From assembly GCA_030390025.1 (NCBI GenBank), contig CM059432.1, positions 7,192,001 through 7,256,000 of the forward strand: a stretch of DNA of 64,000 nt, read 5' to 3'. Under the pieces are notes generated by a model, which saw only the letters and a program-made list of their open reading frames with translations, was not told where the DNA came from and did not search any database. The first letter of the stretch is position 1; every line of letters begins with the position of its first letter. Below are positions 38,846 through 51,515 of the stretch, in pieces. Both the position numbers and the translations under genes were made by a program. The DNA is from Squalus acanthias (Eukaryota).

Positions 38846-39149
38846 TTATTGGAGGAGAATACCTATCCAATTTTAGGAACCTAGGAACAGGAGTAGGCCA
38901 TTCAGCCCCTCGATAATGTTCCGCCATTGGATTAGATCATGGCTGATCTGGAAGTAAAGTTCAACGGTGCTGATTCTGTGGTAATGGTTTAACTGTGGGA
39001 TAAGGTTGTAATGGTCTAGTATTTGAATGTATATCCTGAAAAAATAGAAAAAAATTGCTTCTAAGGATCCTCTGCTGATATGAAAAAGTTTAATATATAT
39101 AATTTTATTCTGCATTATTCCCGGAAAGCTGGTATACAGCAGACATTTA

Positions 39150-40870
39150 GGGCTGGATTTTACCAACCTCGGCAGGTCCATGGCGGGCGACATCAGTGGC
39201 GGGTCCAAGCCTCGCTGCTGGCTCCAGCCCGCTGTCCAAAATGATTTTGCCCTGATTGGGCTTGTTAAACCCGCCCAGCACGTTTCCCGGCCAATTAGAG
39301 GAAGCGGGTTTGGTGATGTCATTTAAAGGGACCGTGCGCTAATTGATTTTGACATTTGTGCTGTCAGTGTTCTACAGCATTGAGGTGCTGCAAACACTGC
39401 ACAGAGGTGCACAGCTGCACCCAGGCTCTCCCATGACTGCCTCCTTATGCTTATGGAGGGAGTCACAGCACGCAGGGAGATTCTCTTCCCTTCCCATGGG
39501 TAGAAGAGACCTCCCCAGGAGATCAACGCAGCCTGGTTGCACATTGCACAGGAGGACACAAGCAGGGATGTCATCAGCAGGACCAGGCTGCAGTGGCGCA
39601 AACCTTTCAATGATCTTAATAGATCACGAAACGTTACTGCAAAGCCACACTCAACCTCATGCTGCTGTGCCACTGATCACATCCCCATCATTCTACCTTC
39701 CCTACCCTACTCCTGCACATCCTTACTCACACCAACTTGCCTTGCACCTCCACCCATCCCTCTCTATCTACATGATCACTTCTCCATCACACTAGCCACC
39801 CCTCACACTCACCCTCATCTTAGTCCAATCATACCAACTAACAACACACTTGTGTGTTTTAGCCAATGATCATGTCAAGTTTCTGTTAATGTGCTGTCAA
39901 ACATTGAAACATTTATTTTGAACACTTTGCGTTCTTGGACAGAATTGTGTGCACCTTTGGAAGTGGCTTAGTGAATTGCAGTGAATGGTGAAACATAAGG
40001 GTACCCCCCGCAATGCTGATGAGTGTGAAAGGAATGGCTTGGGCATTGTAGGGATGCTTTATGGTGTTGGTGTGGGGTGGCGCCAACCTGGCACATCTTG
40101 TGGCAGCCAGGGTTTGCAGCATCAAGTGAAGTAAATCTGGCCATGGTGAGGCCATCCCTGGCATCCTGGGCAGCAATGTGGTCGGGTGCTGATGCCCTGT
40201 GGCCTGTGCAGCACCAGTTGATTGCGGAGAAGGCTGGTGTTGTTGTTGGTGCTGCTGGTGTGCCCGGTAATGTTGGTGTTGGGGCTGATCCTGGTGGGAT
40301 TCTGAGGACCAAGGTGAGATGGTTTCAAGGGTACCGATACTGATGTAATAGTTGGCAAGTGAACTTGAGATGACAGAAGCGATCTGTCAATGGTGAGAGA
40401 GGTTGTTCCAATGAGGTGACACTGGATAGAGAGTTTGCTCCAAACACTTGCAACCTGCATAAAGCTCAATCTGTCTTCCAAATGCAGTAAGCAACAGCTT
40501 CTGAGCTTGGAAAGTGAACAGCTGTGAGATGGGAGCTTTTATAGCACATTTGCAGCTGTCAACTAATGAGATGATTCCATGGTCATCGAACTCCCAACCT
40601 GCTGACCTGACGTGATCCCCGAGCAGCATAGACCCCGTTGCAACCTGGTAAACTCTGAAGGTGAGCTCAAAATACTTCTTAATGGTCTGTTAACAAGGTC
40701 ATAATGACCTTAATTGCCTCCCCCGCCACTGTGTGGTGGGTCTGCTCAGCGTTGACAAGCCCGATATTTGGGAAAGGCGGGTTGACATCGAGGTCCCGAC
40801 CTGCTGTCAAAAAATCCATTTTCCCACCCGACCCACCATCGATCACTGACCCCCCCCGAAAAATTCCCCC
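39150..40870. mobile_element. Internally deleted PIF/Harbinger transposon with a Myb/SANT-like gene remnant
   Basis: TTA flanks both ends (39147-39149 and 40871-40873). Termini gggctggatttt / aaaattccccc. About 39415-39620 translates to APRLSHDCLLMLMEGVTARREILFP...AWLHIAQEDTS...RTRLQWRKPFNDL, with an in-frame stop. Confidence 0.75.
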
Positions 40871-42677
40871 TTAGTTACAGTCCCAGTGAGTGGCAGAACA
40901 AATACTGACTACCTCAGACACATGAGCAACAGAATCCAGAGAGCTCACGTAAAATAGATAAAATAACCATACAACAATTTTGAATCTTAAACTGAAGTCT
41001 CCACAGCCTAGGAATGAGTCAATATAGTTTATAGACACGAGAGTAATAGAGTTATACTGGTGCTGAGTTGCAGGAAGCATTAAATATTTGCTTGTGTTTT
41101 TCAAGTTAGCCTTGACCTATTCTTACTCACAGTTTCTCTTTACAGCTAAAATACCATCATTGAACAATGGTAGAGAGAAACCATGAAGAGCAGCAGAGAA
41201 AACCGTAAGACTTGCAGAGAATTACATGGAATGTACACACAGAAAGAGGCCGTTCGGCCCAACTGGTCTGTGCTGGTGTTCATGCTCCACACGAGCCTCC
41301 TCCCACCCCTACTTCATCTCACCCCATCAACATAACATTCTATTCCTTATTTTTTAATTCATTCCTGGGATCTGGGCGTCGCTGGCAAGGCCGGCATTTA
41401 TTGCCCATCCCTAGTTGCCCTCGAGAAGGTGGTGGTGAGCCGCCTTCTTGAACCGCTGCAGTCCCTGTGGTGAAGGTGCTCCCACAGTGCTGTTAGGGAG
41501 GGAGTTCCAGGATTTTGACCCAGCGACGATGAAGGAACGGCCGATATATTTCCAAGTCAGGATGGTGTGTGACTTGGAGGTGGTGCTGTTCCCATGCGCC
41601 CGCTGCCCTTGTCATTCTAGGTGGAAGAGGTCGCGGGTTTAGAACATAAGAAATAGGAGCAGGAGTCGGCCATTCGGCCCTTCGAGCCTGCTCCGCCATT
41701 CAATGAGATCATGGCTGATCTTCTGCCTCAACTCCATTCACCGGCCCTATCGCCATATCCCTTGATGCCTTTCCTAGTCAGAAATCTATCGACTTCTGTT
41801 TTGAATATACCCAATGACTGAGCCTCCACAGCCCTCTGGGGTAGAGAATTCCAAAGATTCACCACCCTCCGTGTGAAGAAATTTCTTCTCATCTCAGTCT
41901 TGAATGGCCTACCCTTTATCCTGAGGCTGTGGCCCCTGGTTCTAGACTCCCCAGGGTTTGGGAGGTGCTGTCGAAGAAGCCTTGGTGAATTGCTGCAGTG
42001 CATCTTCCTTGAATGCATCTATGCTATTCGCCTTAACTACTCCTTGTGGCAGCGAGTTCCACATTCTAAACACTCTCTGAGTAAAGATGTTTCTCCTGAA
42101 TTCCAGATTGAATTTATTAGTGACTCTCTTATGACCCCTAGTTCTGGTCTCCCCTACAAGTGGAAACATTTTCTCTACGTCTACCCTATCGAACCCCTTC
42201 ATAATTTTAAAAACCTCTCTCAGATCACCTTTCAGTGTTCTCTTTTCTAGAGAAAAGAGCCCCAGCCTGTTCAGTCCTTCTTGATAGTTGTAACCTCTGG
42301 TATCACATACACGGACTATCCAATTAGTCCCACTCCCCCCTGCTCTTTCCCCGTAGCCCTGCTTATTTTTCCTTTTCAAGTATTTATTCAATTCCCTTTT
42401 GAAAGTTACTATTGAATCTGCTTCCAGGCAGTGAATTCCGGAAGAATATTTTCTCCGAGCCGATCATTTGTTTAGAATTTACGTGCCTGGATTTACATTT
42501 CCGAGGAATTGGATCCCGCTGCTGATGAATGGTAAAAGCCTGGCGGAGTTGTCGCACCGCAGCTGCTGCTGAGCTCATTGAGACGACATCAGACGGCGAG
42601 TTATGCCCACCAGAGGGCTCGGACAGTAACTCTGGTCGAAAGCATCATTGACTGATGCAATAGCAATCCTGAGAAAA

Positions 42678-43612
42678 GGGGCGAGCCGGATTTTGCTGTC
42701 GAAATAACGGTGAGGCTATCGGCGCTCACCGCCGTCGAAGTGTAAATCGGACAGCAACGTTCAGCCTCCGCCCGTGCGCGGTTAAAGCTCGGAAATCAGG
42801 AAGTTGCTGTCCGCGTTGCCCTGCTCCTCCAGGAGCTGCGCCGGTATCTCGCCGAGAGACTCGGCATTGAAACACATTAAGTTGCTGTACTTACGTGATA
42901 GATACCCACTGGACACGCCAGAAAAATGTTCCGGCTTGTCCATTCCAGTGTAAGTAAATTTCTAACAGAGCGAATAAGGAATGCTTGCCTTTAAGCCGCG
43001 CAACGGTCTCGAGGTCCCGGGCAGCCGGTGAGCCGGCGTCACAATGCGGAAAACTGCACCTGCGCGGAAGATTGAATGGGCCGTGCAGCCCGTTAAAGGG
43101 GCCGCGCGTCTGAAAAAAAATTAGAGGGAACGTTGGTGATAAGTCTTAATTACTGCCAAGTAACCTCTCTGGCACTGAAAATTAACTTTTACAAATGTGG
43201 AGTCTCATTCCTTCAGATTTTAATTATTGTTGGCGATTTAAAAAAAAATGTAAATAACTTTTTTTTTAACTTTTTCTTTCCGTCTCTTTTTATCTCTTTC
43301 TCTCTCTTAATCCCATCTTTCTTTCCCTCTCTTTATTTTGCTTTCTGTACCTGATTTGACATTGAATTAAATATTCCAGCTGACACTTCCTGGTTTAGAT
43401 TCTGCGCTGCTCATTAACGATTCTTCACTCTGATTGGTTAAGGAGATGCACAGTTGCTTGCCCTGTTCGCACAGGTCCCAGATCCCCTGCAGAGGGCGCC
43501 ATGCCGAAATGGCTCTCTAATTCCCGCAAGTTCCAGAAAGTCGACAGGCAAGTGTAACGAAGGGCTGACGGCGTTCGTTCGCCGCTGACCGCAAAATCTG
43601 GATCAAAGTTTG
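42678..43612. mobile_element. CpG-rich non-autonomous DNA transposon (homologous to about 49080-49720)
   Basis: Shared start (gattttgctgtcgaaataacggtgag vs gaatctgctgccaaaaataacggtgag) and shared internal CT-rich segment (ctttctgtacctgatttg...ggttaaggaga). Confidence 0.6.
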
Positions 43613-46023
43613 GGAGCAGCGGTGGTTTAATGTGGCCCTTCTGGTGCCACATTCAGGCAGGTTACTGGCCTTCTTTGTTGCAGGCGATCCTAGGTCTGGT
43701 TTCTCCGAGTGTAGCCTGCGATGGGCTGGCTGCCTCAGGGCAAACCAATCTTGGAGAGAGGACCTCAAGCAGGCGTTTGACCCCTTTATTTGCATATGCA
43801 AATGGCCTGACCCCTGCTTCAGACGTGTGTAAAAGATGCCTCTAGTTTGTCCTTACCCAATATGGTGGTCGGCGCACCTCCTGCCAGAAGTGTGCGCGCC
43901 GCCATTTTGGGGCCTTGGGTGTCTCGGCCGATGTCTGAAGAAATGAAAGAAAGAAGATATTGTGTAGTAAGGGCATCGGGGTACCACTTCAAAGTGATGT
44001 GCTCTGGTGAGAGAGAATCCAAGTTCAATTCTACTCACTGTGAGCTCTCAACTCAAATCACCTCCCTCAGTTGGATAAGCCGAGAGGCTTCCTCACTGGG
44101 AGGGAGAGAAGATCAGAGACCATGCCATCTAAAACTGCTATCCTACACTGCCTAGCTGCTACATAAAGGGTGGCACTGGCAGTCGTCTGGGAGATGGTCA
44201 CCGATTAATCCTCCTGGGAGGGGACATGGGTCTGGATGACTAGAAGACAGAAGGTTTGGGAAAAATTATAATCCATGCAGGTAGACAATGGAGCATATTT
44301 CCAATGCTAAAAGAACATTATCCCAAGAGATTCCTAAGTCAAGGAGAAGTCGAGGGACCCGCTAGAGTTATGCTGCAGCTTGAGAGTAGCAGCATAGCTC
44401 AGAAGTGGGGTAGGGCGAGGAGTGCAGGAGAGCACCAAGGACTGGAGATGTGGTTTTTGCCCCTCGGTTAACCAGCCAGTCCTGAATTGTGCGGCACGGC
44501 ATGGGCGGCCATCTATTGTTGTTTAAATAGAAGCCTAAGCCTCCGCAATACGACAGAACCGAACTGAAGCAGTGTTTGCTCTTCTTAAAAATCCCGCGCC
44601 ACGGAGCCAAGTTTTCTCCTCTTTCGAGACGTGTAGGTATTTGGAACAGGACCTGAAGATGTCGCAGGTCAGAAATAAATCAGGTTTCTGCTTTATTTAT
44701 TTTTTCAGTGGAATTATGCTTTGCCTTTTGGACGCAACGTTTGGGCTGAAGACCAAGAATTATGCTGCATAACTGAAGCAGCTGTACACCCAAGGTTGGT
44801 AATATTACAGTTCAAGGTCAAATTATTAGCCTAACAAAATACTTTTTTGACATTAGTCAGTATAGATCAAATGATCTGTTCAACAAGGTACCTTTAATTT
44901 TCCATTCTGCGCGCAGCACAAGCACATTAAAATGGTAAAAAAAAAAATGGTGCCATTTCGAACCTTGCTCTGTCTCTGGATGCTTTATATTCTTAACTTC
45001 ACTGAGACCTTCTGTTCATCATCTGTCACTCAGCATTTAATGAACGACTTTGCTGTTCGTCTTGTGTTTGGATAGGACGCCATGTTTTAACGTGTGGCAT
45101 AGATTCTCGAAACAAAAAACTACAGGATTTGAGATAGAGGTAGAAGAAAAAGATTCGACTATTCCAACGCACTCCTGGCCGGCCTCCCAACATCCACCTT
45201 CGGTAAACTCCAGCTCATCCAAAGACTCTGCTGCCCCTGTAAGCGGTTTTTGATCCTAGCCCAATTGCTAGATGGACGGTTCGAATCGCCCCCGCCTTAC
45301 GAAAGTTCTATACCCGGGAATTATTATTCAGAGTGTAAATAAAATAAGTCACGGACAGGAATGCTTCGGTGAAAAATCAAACTTATATTTATTTGGTCTA
45401 ACATAGACTGGCTAAAACATGTACTACTAAACGAAATCACTGTCTCTGTGGAGAATAAAATCCAGGTTACAAACAACATACATACAGTACAAAACTGGGG
45501 ACTATGACAAGCAGTAATTCCCTTGTTGCTATGGTGGACTCTAATTCCACCCCTACCAACGAATTACCCAGTCGCATAAGCCCCTTCGCCTGGCTGAACC
45601 AAACAAAGCTCCCACCCCGGAATAGCCCAAAAGCTTCACTTCTGAGCAAAACTCTGAGCCCTCTGGTTACCGGCTTGGGACACTGGAGACCATGCTTACC
45701 CCCACACGCAGTCGGTCTCGATCGCTCCGCTCAGCGGCTCCTCTGGTACTTCTTGTTAGGTCGATCTTGTTGGAGCGAGAGAGAGAGAGAGAGAATGGTG
45801 GGAAAGGGTCTATCTTTATAGGAGTCTCGCTACCCCTATCTTTCCCGCCAATCTTTAAAATCCTTTTGTTTCTAAGCACTCTGGTGCTTAATCAGTGATG
45901 GGTCATTCCCAGACCCATGAGTATTCCGTGATTGGACCAATGGCCCTAAGTCTGGGACATATTTCGGTCTTTGTGTTGGGAAAAACTGGCTCCTCTCCGG
46001 CTGGCGAGGCCAGTGGGTTCATT

Positions 46024-46249
46024 AGCAAAATACTGCGGATGCTGGAAATCCGAAATAACAACAGAAAACGCTGGAAAAACTCAGCAGGCCAGGCAGCATC
46101 CGTGGAGAGAGAAAGAGAGTTGACGTTTCAGGTCGATGACCTTTCATCAGAACTTTCATCAGGTCATCGACCTGAAACGTCAACTCTCTTTCTCTCTCCA
46201 CGGATGCTGCCTGGCCTGCTGAGTTTTTCCAGCGTTTTCTGTTGTTATT
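46024..46249. mobile_element. Palindromic family B PLE insertion
   Basis: TSD ccagtgggttcatt at 46010-46023 and 46250-46263. 89-bp inverted arms at 46054-46142 and 46161-46249. Confidence 0.85.
46118..46154 (-). ncRNA. Minimal type I hammerhead ribozyme motif (family B, canonical CUGAUGA and GUC)
   Basis: Minus strand reads agtt CTGATGA a aggtc atc gacct GAAA cg TC aact. Confidence 0.8.
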
Positions 46250-47186
46250 CCAGTGGGTTCATTGTTCTGCTTCTCTTCTGAGATGGAGGTGAGAAGTGCT
46301 TTTGCATATTCTGGATGACTGACAGTTCTTTTGTCACAGCCAACTGCCATGCGTTCTCTGGAGTTTTAACAAACCAGTTTTTCACATATCTGCACAGGGT
46401 GATCCCATCACAGGGAAAATACCCTCAGAAAAATCCCATAAATTCCACAAAATATTCTTGACTGAGTCCATTCTTCAAACAGAGAATTTGCGATCTCTTC
46501 ACCCCTCCGTGTCCTAACTCGCACCAAGTCCCGCTCACTCATCACCCCTGTGCTCGCTGATCTACATTGGCCCCCGGTCCAGTAATGCCTCGATTTTTTT
46601 TAATTCCCATCCTTGTTTTCAAATCCGTCCATGGCCACACCCCCTCCCTAGCTCTGTAACCTCCTCCAGCCCTACAACCCCTCCGAGATCTCTGCGCTCC
46701 TTCAGTTTTGGCCTCTTGAGCACCCTCGATTTCCTTCACTCTATCATTGGTGGCCGTGCCTTCAGCTGCCGAGGCCCTAAGCTCTGGAATTCCCTCCCTA
46801 AACCTCTCTGCCTCTCTCTCCTCCTTATAAATCGTTCCTTAAAACCTACCTCTTTGACCAAGCGTTTGGTCACCCGTCCTAATATCTCCTGATGTGGCTC
46901 GGTGTCAAATTTTGTTTGGTAACGCTCCTGTGAAGCACCTTGGGACGTTTTACTGCATTAAAGGCGCTATATGAATGTTGTTGATGATAGTAAGAAAACG
47001 GAAAGTACTGTTAATGCACAGCATGTATGCCAGCATCTGAAACTGAAAGATGAGGTAACATTTCGGGCAGGATTCGCACTGAAACAAGAGTCCCACATGA
47101 AACATTTTTTAAAAATGTATTTGTTCACGGGATGTGGGCGTCGCTGGCAAGGCTGGCATTTATTGCCCATCCCTATATTGCCCTTG

Positions 47187-47376
47187 TCTTGGCTGTGCTC
47201 TTAGTGTGTCTTTGATGTAGGGAAATATTTGAATAGATTTTGTCTGTGTTTAAATTGTGAATTCTGGGAGATTCTCTCACTGCTAACTTACCTGAGGAAG
47301 GAGCGACAGCTCCGAAAGCTTGTAAAATTAAATAAATCTGTTGGACTATAACCTGGTGTTGTGCGACTTCTCATTT
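47187..47376 (+). mobile_element. Divergent family A PLE-type insertion with a hammerhead motif at 47288-47325
   Basis: TSD ttgcccttg at 47178-47186 and 47377-47385. Motif ttac CTGAGGA a ggagc gaca gctcc GAAA gc TT gtaa, followed by the shared family A tail. Confidence 0.78.
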
Positions 47377-50290
47377 TTGCCCTTGAGAAGGTGGTGGTGA
47401 GCCGCCTTCTTGAACCGCTGCAGTCCGTGTGGTGAAGGTGCTCCCACAGTGCTGACTTTGTCGTAGTGGTTTGGTACAACGGCGTGTCTCACTAGGCCAT
47501 TTCAGAGGGCAGGGAAGAGTCAACCACGTTGAGTTACATATAGGCCAGACCGGGTAAGGGCAGCAGATTTCCTTCCCTAAAGGACATTAGTGAACCAGTT
47601 GTTTTTTTTTTACAACAATCTGATAGTTTCATGGTCACCGTTACTAGCTTTTTAATTACTAGATTTATTTAATTAACTGAATTTAAATTCCCCTCAACTC
47701 ACTTCTCCGGATTATTCGTCCGGGCCTCTGGATTACTGGTCCAGTAACATAACCACTATATACTCCCGTACCCGCTGTAACATAAACCTGTATCTTCTCT
47801 TTCAGAAGCTCTTGTGTGAATTTGTTTCTTTTAGATTCTGATTTCTAGCACTTGGCCGTTTTTTTTTTCCCCTTACAGATTGACAGAAGACAAATAAATA
47901 CATGGATTTTTGTTCCGAATTGAATTTAACTGATGGAAAATCCTGCTGACCTCCACACCTGCATTCCTGATGTGGGATTTAGTGGCATGCTTTGGCAGCA
48001 CGGATTTGTACAACGTACTCTGCAGCGAGGCAGTAATTAGATGTGGCACTTTCTGTAAATACAACGTGTGCGAACAGCTCGGATTTTATGCTGGTTCCCG
48101 CTGGTACTTTATTTTTTTTCCAGTCTATCGGCTATATATTTTTTTTACACGGGAACTAGTAAGGAGTTCACCCTGCTGCGTGTGCCCTCTTCATGTTTCC
48201 TACATATTTGGCATGTGGCGCATGGCGCTCCTCATGTTTCATATGTTGGACCACACAACAATGTGGAAAGACGTTTTGTGTAGAAATCTGTCTTGCTGCA
48301 TTTCAGGTCTGGTTCCAAACACCAAAAAGAGATTGATCGTAAACCGCAACCAACGTTTAAACAATTATATTACAGCATCGGCTGTGGCTCAGTGGGCAGT
48401 GCACTCTCTCGCCTCTTGAGTCAGAATGGTTCTGGGTTCAAAGTCCCACTCCGGAGACTTGAGCACAAAAAAAAATCTAGGCTGACACACTCCCAGCGCA
48501 GCACCGAGGGAGCGCTGCACTGTCAGAGGTGCCGTCTTTCGGATGAGACGTTAAAAACCGAGGCCCCGTCTGCCCCTCTCGGGTGGACGTAAAAGATCCC
48601 GTGCCCACTATTTCGAAGAAGAGCAGGGGAAGTTCTCCCCGGTGTCCTGGGGCCAATATTTATTCCTCAATCAACATCACTAAAAAAAAACAGATTATCT
48701 GGTCATTATCACATTGCTGTTTGTGGGAGCTTGCTGTGCGCAAAATTGGCTGCCGCGTTTCCCTACATTACGACAGCGACTACACTTTATCAGGGCAATA
48801 TGTTCAGTCAGTTTTTTTTAAATATTTTTCTACGAAGCTGCTGGCGACCCACTCTTGCAAAGTGCATAACAATACTTAATGAATCACGATGATTGACCGT
48901 TTGAATTACATTTTAATGGCCAAGTATTTATCACCAAGACTGGTCGACTTCCTGTGGTGTTGCTCACCGGTAGACCAGGATCTGGAGTGCAGTTTCTGAT
49001 GTTTATCGCACTTTCCCTGCAGTCTAACTACGACAGCTGTTCACCCGTCTCTTGTAGTATAACAAATTTACTGAATCATGGGGCCAGAATCTGCTGCCAA
49101 AAATAACGGTGAGTTCGACGGCGCTCGCCGCTGTTTGTGTACCAATCGTCCAGCAAACTTGCGGCGAGGAAGAGGTACCCGGTGAGTTGCGAATCCGCTG
49201 TTGGCCTCGTGGAAACGAAAGCTCACCCTGACCTCCCCGTGAGTTTCAAGAAATTGCTGCCTTTGCACAATAATTGCCCATTAAACTCGCCGCAGAAAGT
49301 TAGGGTTTGTTACTCAACGGTGTAAATACCTTTTTAATGTTATGTTCCTGCAATGCCACTCAAACTCTTTGGCCCAGAAAGGGAACAGTTGAAACTGTGG
49401 GGTCTCATTCCTGCAGGTAGTAAATCGTTCTTAGAGATATATAACATTTTTAATGTTTTAATATTTTTCTTCATTCTCATTCCTGTCTCTTCTTTTCTCT
49501 CTCTCTCTTAATCCAATCTTTCTTTCTCTCTCTTTCTGTACCTGATTTGGCTCTAATTCACCCTATTTCTTTCTCCGTTGTTCCTCTGTTTCTTTCTCAA
49601 TATTAAATCTCGTTGGTTAAGGAGATAGACTGTTGGTCCTGCCATTCACCAAGGTCCCAGATACCCCGCTGCCCTTGCCGCAAAAATTTTTTCGAGCTGA
49701 AGGGTGAGGGAAAAGTCTAACTAACGGGGCGGGCCGCGAGAATGGGTTTCCCGCAGGCCCTGCTGACTTTAACCGCGGGGCCAGGTTTGCATCTGAAGCT
49801 TCTGTTTCCCGCCCGCAGCCAGCCAGATGGAGAGGTTGGCTGGCTCCGGGCGAGTAGGCCTGTGGCACTAGGCTGCACAGAGGAGGGAGGGAGGGATCGG
49901 GTGGGGGCTGGTGCCGGCCTCCAGAGGACCAGGGGGGAGGGGGGAGGCAAGAGGTCGTGGCCGTCGAGCGACCAGGAGGGGGGGAGGCAAGAGGTCGAGG
50001 TCGGTCACCAGAGGTTCAGGCCAGCCTCAGGATCATCAGTGGGGGGTGGGGGGTCCAGGAAGGCGATTAGAAGCCTCGTGAGGGGGTCTCTGATCGCAGG
50101 GGTGGGCTAGGCAGGGACCCTGGATCCAGGAGGTAGGTGTAAAGGCACTTACCTCCTGGATGCAGCAGTCCCCGCCTTGCTGTAACTGCAGGGTTTTACG
50201 AAGTGTGTGAAACCCGACCAGATGCAGTTAAAAACAAAATGGTGGTTAAAGAAGCGGCTTCCCGCCTCATCGTAATATTTAAATTGTGTC

Positions 50291-50580
50291 CCGCCTCCTG
50301 GGAGCGGATTGACTGGCTGCCCTGTCCCGCCCCACCTCCTGGGAGCGGATTGGCTGGCCGCTCTGTCCCGCCCCCCCGCCCCACCCCATGGGAGCGGATT
50401 GGCTGGCCGCCCTGTCCCGCCCCACCCCCTGGGAGCAGATTGGCTCGCCGCCCTGTCCCACTCCCCCCACCCCACCTCCTGGGAGCGGATTGGCTGGCCG
50501 CCCTGTCCCGCCCCACCCCCTGGGAGCGGATTGGCTGGCTGCCCTGCCCTGTCCCACCCCCCCCCCCCCCCCCCCCCCAT
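50291..50580. repeat. GC-rich minisatellite, about 6 units of 40-50 bp, ending in a poly-C run
   Basis: Unit core tgggagcggattggctggccgccctgtcccgcccca recurs at about 50300, 50340, 50389, 50430, 50480 and 50521. Confidence 0.9.
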
Positions 50581-51024
50581 CACGCTGCCATTAAAATCGG
50601 AAGTAGGTGGGTTCAGGTCGGGAATCCGATTTTGAACGATTTTACTATCCCCACACTCCAAACCCACCTGTTTTATCAGATAAAAATTCCCCCCATAATA
50701 TCTAATTATCACTGACCAAACTTGCTTCAGGTCCGAGCAACTTTGTTCTTCCCTCTTTCAAATCTCTTGTTCCCAGTTATTAACATTATCAATTATTTTT
50801 CCTCTACTTTCTGCAGGGGATTGGCAATTCTTTTGCTTAAGATGCAAGTACGTAACTTGTTTATTCTCCTTCCTCCCCCCCCCCTCAAAGCTCTCTCCTT
50901 CGCCTCAGCTATTTGAATGATTATAAAAGATATTTCTTCAACCCCTCCCCACTCAGAATCCATGGTCCAAATGAAGCGGTCAGTCGTGTTGAACTGCCCA
51001 GGAAGATTCCCACCCGCCTCCACT

Positions 51025-51515
51025 GGGTTCACCAGACTGATTCCTGGGATGGCAGGACTGTTATATGAGGAGAGATTGGGTCGACTAGTCCTGTATTCAC
51101 TAGAGTTTAGAAGAATGAGAGGGGATCTCATTGAAACGTATAAAATTCTGACAGGGCTAGACAGACTGGATGCAGGGAGGATGTTTCCCCTGGCTTGGGG
51201 GGGGTCTAGAACGAGGGGTCACAGTCTCAGGATACGGGGTAGGACATTTAGGACTGAGATGAGGAGAAATTTCTTCACTCAGAGGGTGGTGAACCTCTGG
51301 AATTCTCTACCACAGAAGGCTGTGGAGGCCAAGTCGCTGAATATATTTAAGAAGGAGATAGATAGATTTCTAGACACAAAAGGCATCAAGGAGTATGGGG
51401 AGAGAGCGGGAATATGGTATTGAGATAGAGGATGAGCCATGATTATATTGAATGGCGGAGCAGGCTCAAAGTGCTGAATGGCCTACTCCTACTCCTATTT
51501 TTCTCTGTTTCTATG
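51025..51515 (+). mobile_element. CR1 LINE 3' fragment
   Basis: The C-terminal part of ORF 50917-51423 is nearly identical to 30507-30962 and 57615-58223. Confidence 0.9.

Larger units (their letters stand above)
45238..46501 (-). mobile_element. Solo LTR (about 1 kb plus a nested PLE palindrome) inserted in an L2 fragment
   Basis: TG...CA termini with cccc on both sides, and L2 sequence resumes across it. Minus-strand order is CCAAT (45931-45935), TATAAA (45815-45820), AATAAA (45388-45393). Confidence 0.7.

Noticed and set aside
42440..43135. CpG island or gene promoter
   Set aside because: Most of the CpG richness lies in transposon-derived sequence that has a homologue at about 49080, and no associated exon was found.
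47970..48419. 149-aa ORF and nearby acceptor-like site
   Set aside because: No recognisable homology, and the ORF runs into a SINE head.
50149..50715. Several long Gly/Pro-rich ORFs
   Set aside because: Artefacts of the GC-rich minisatellite.
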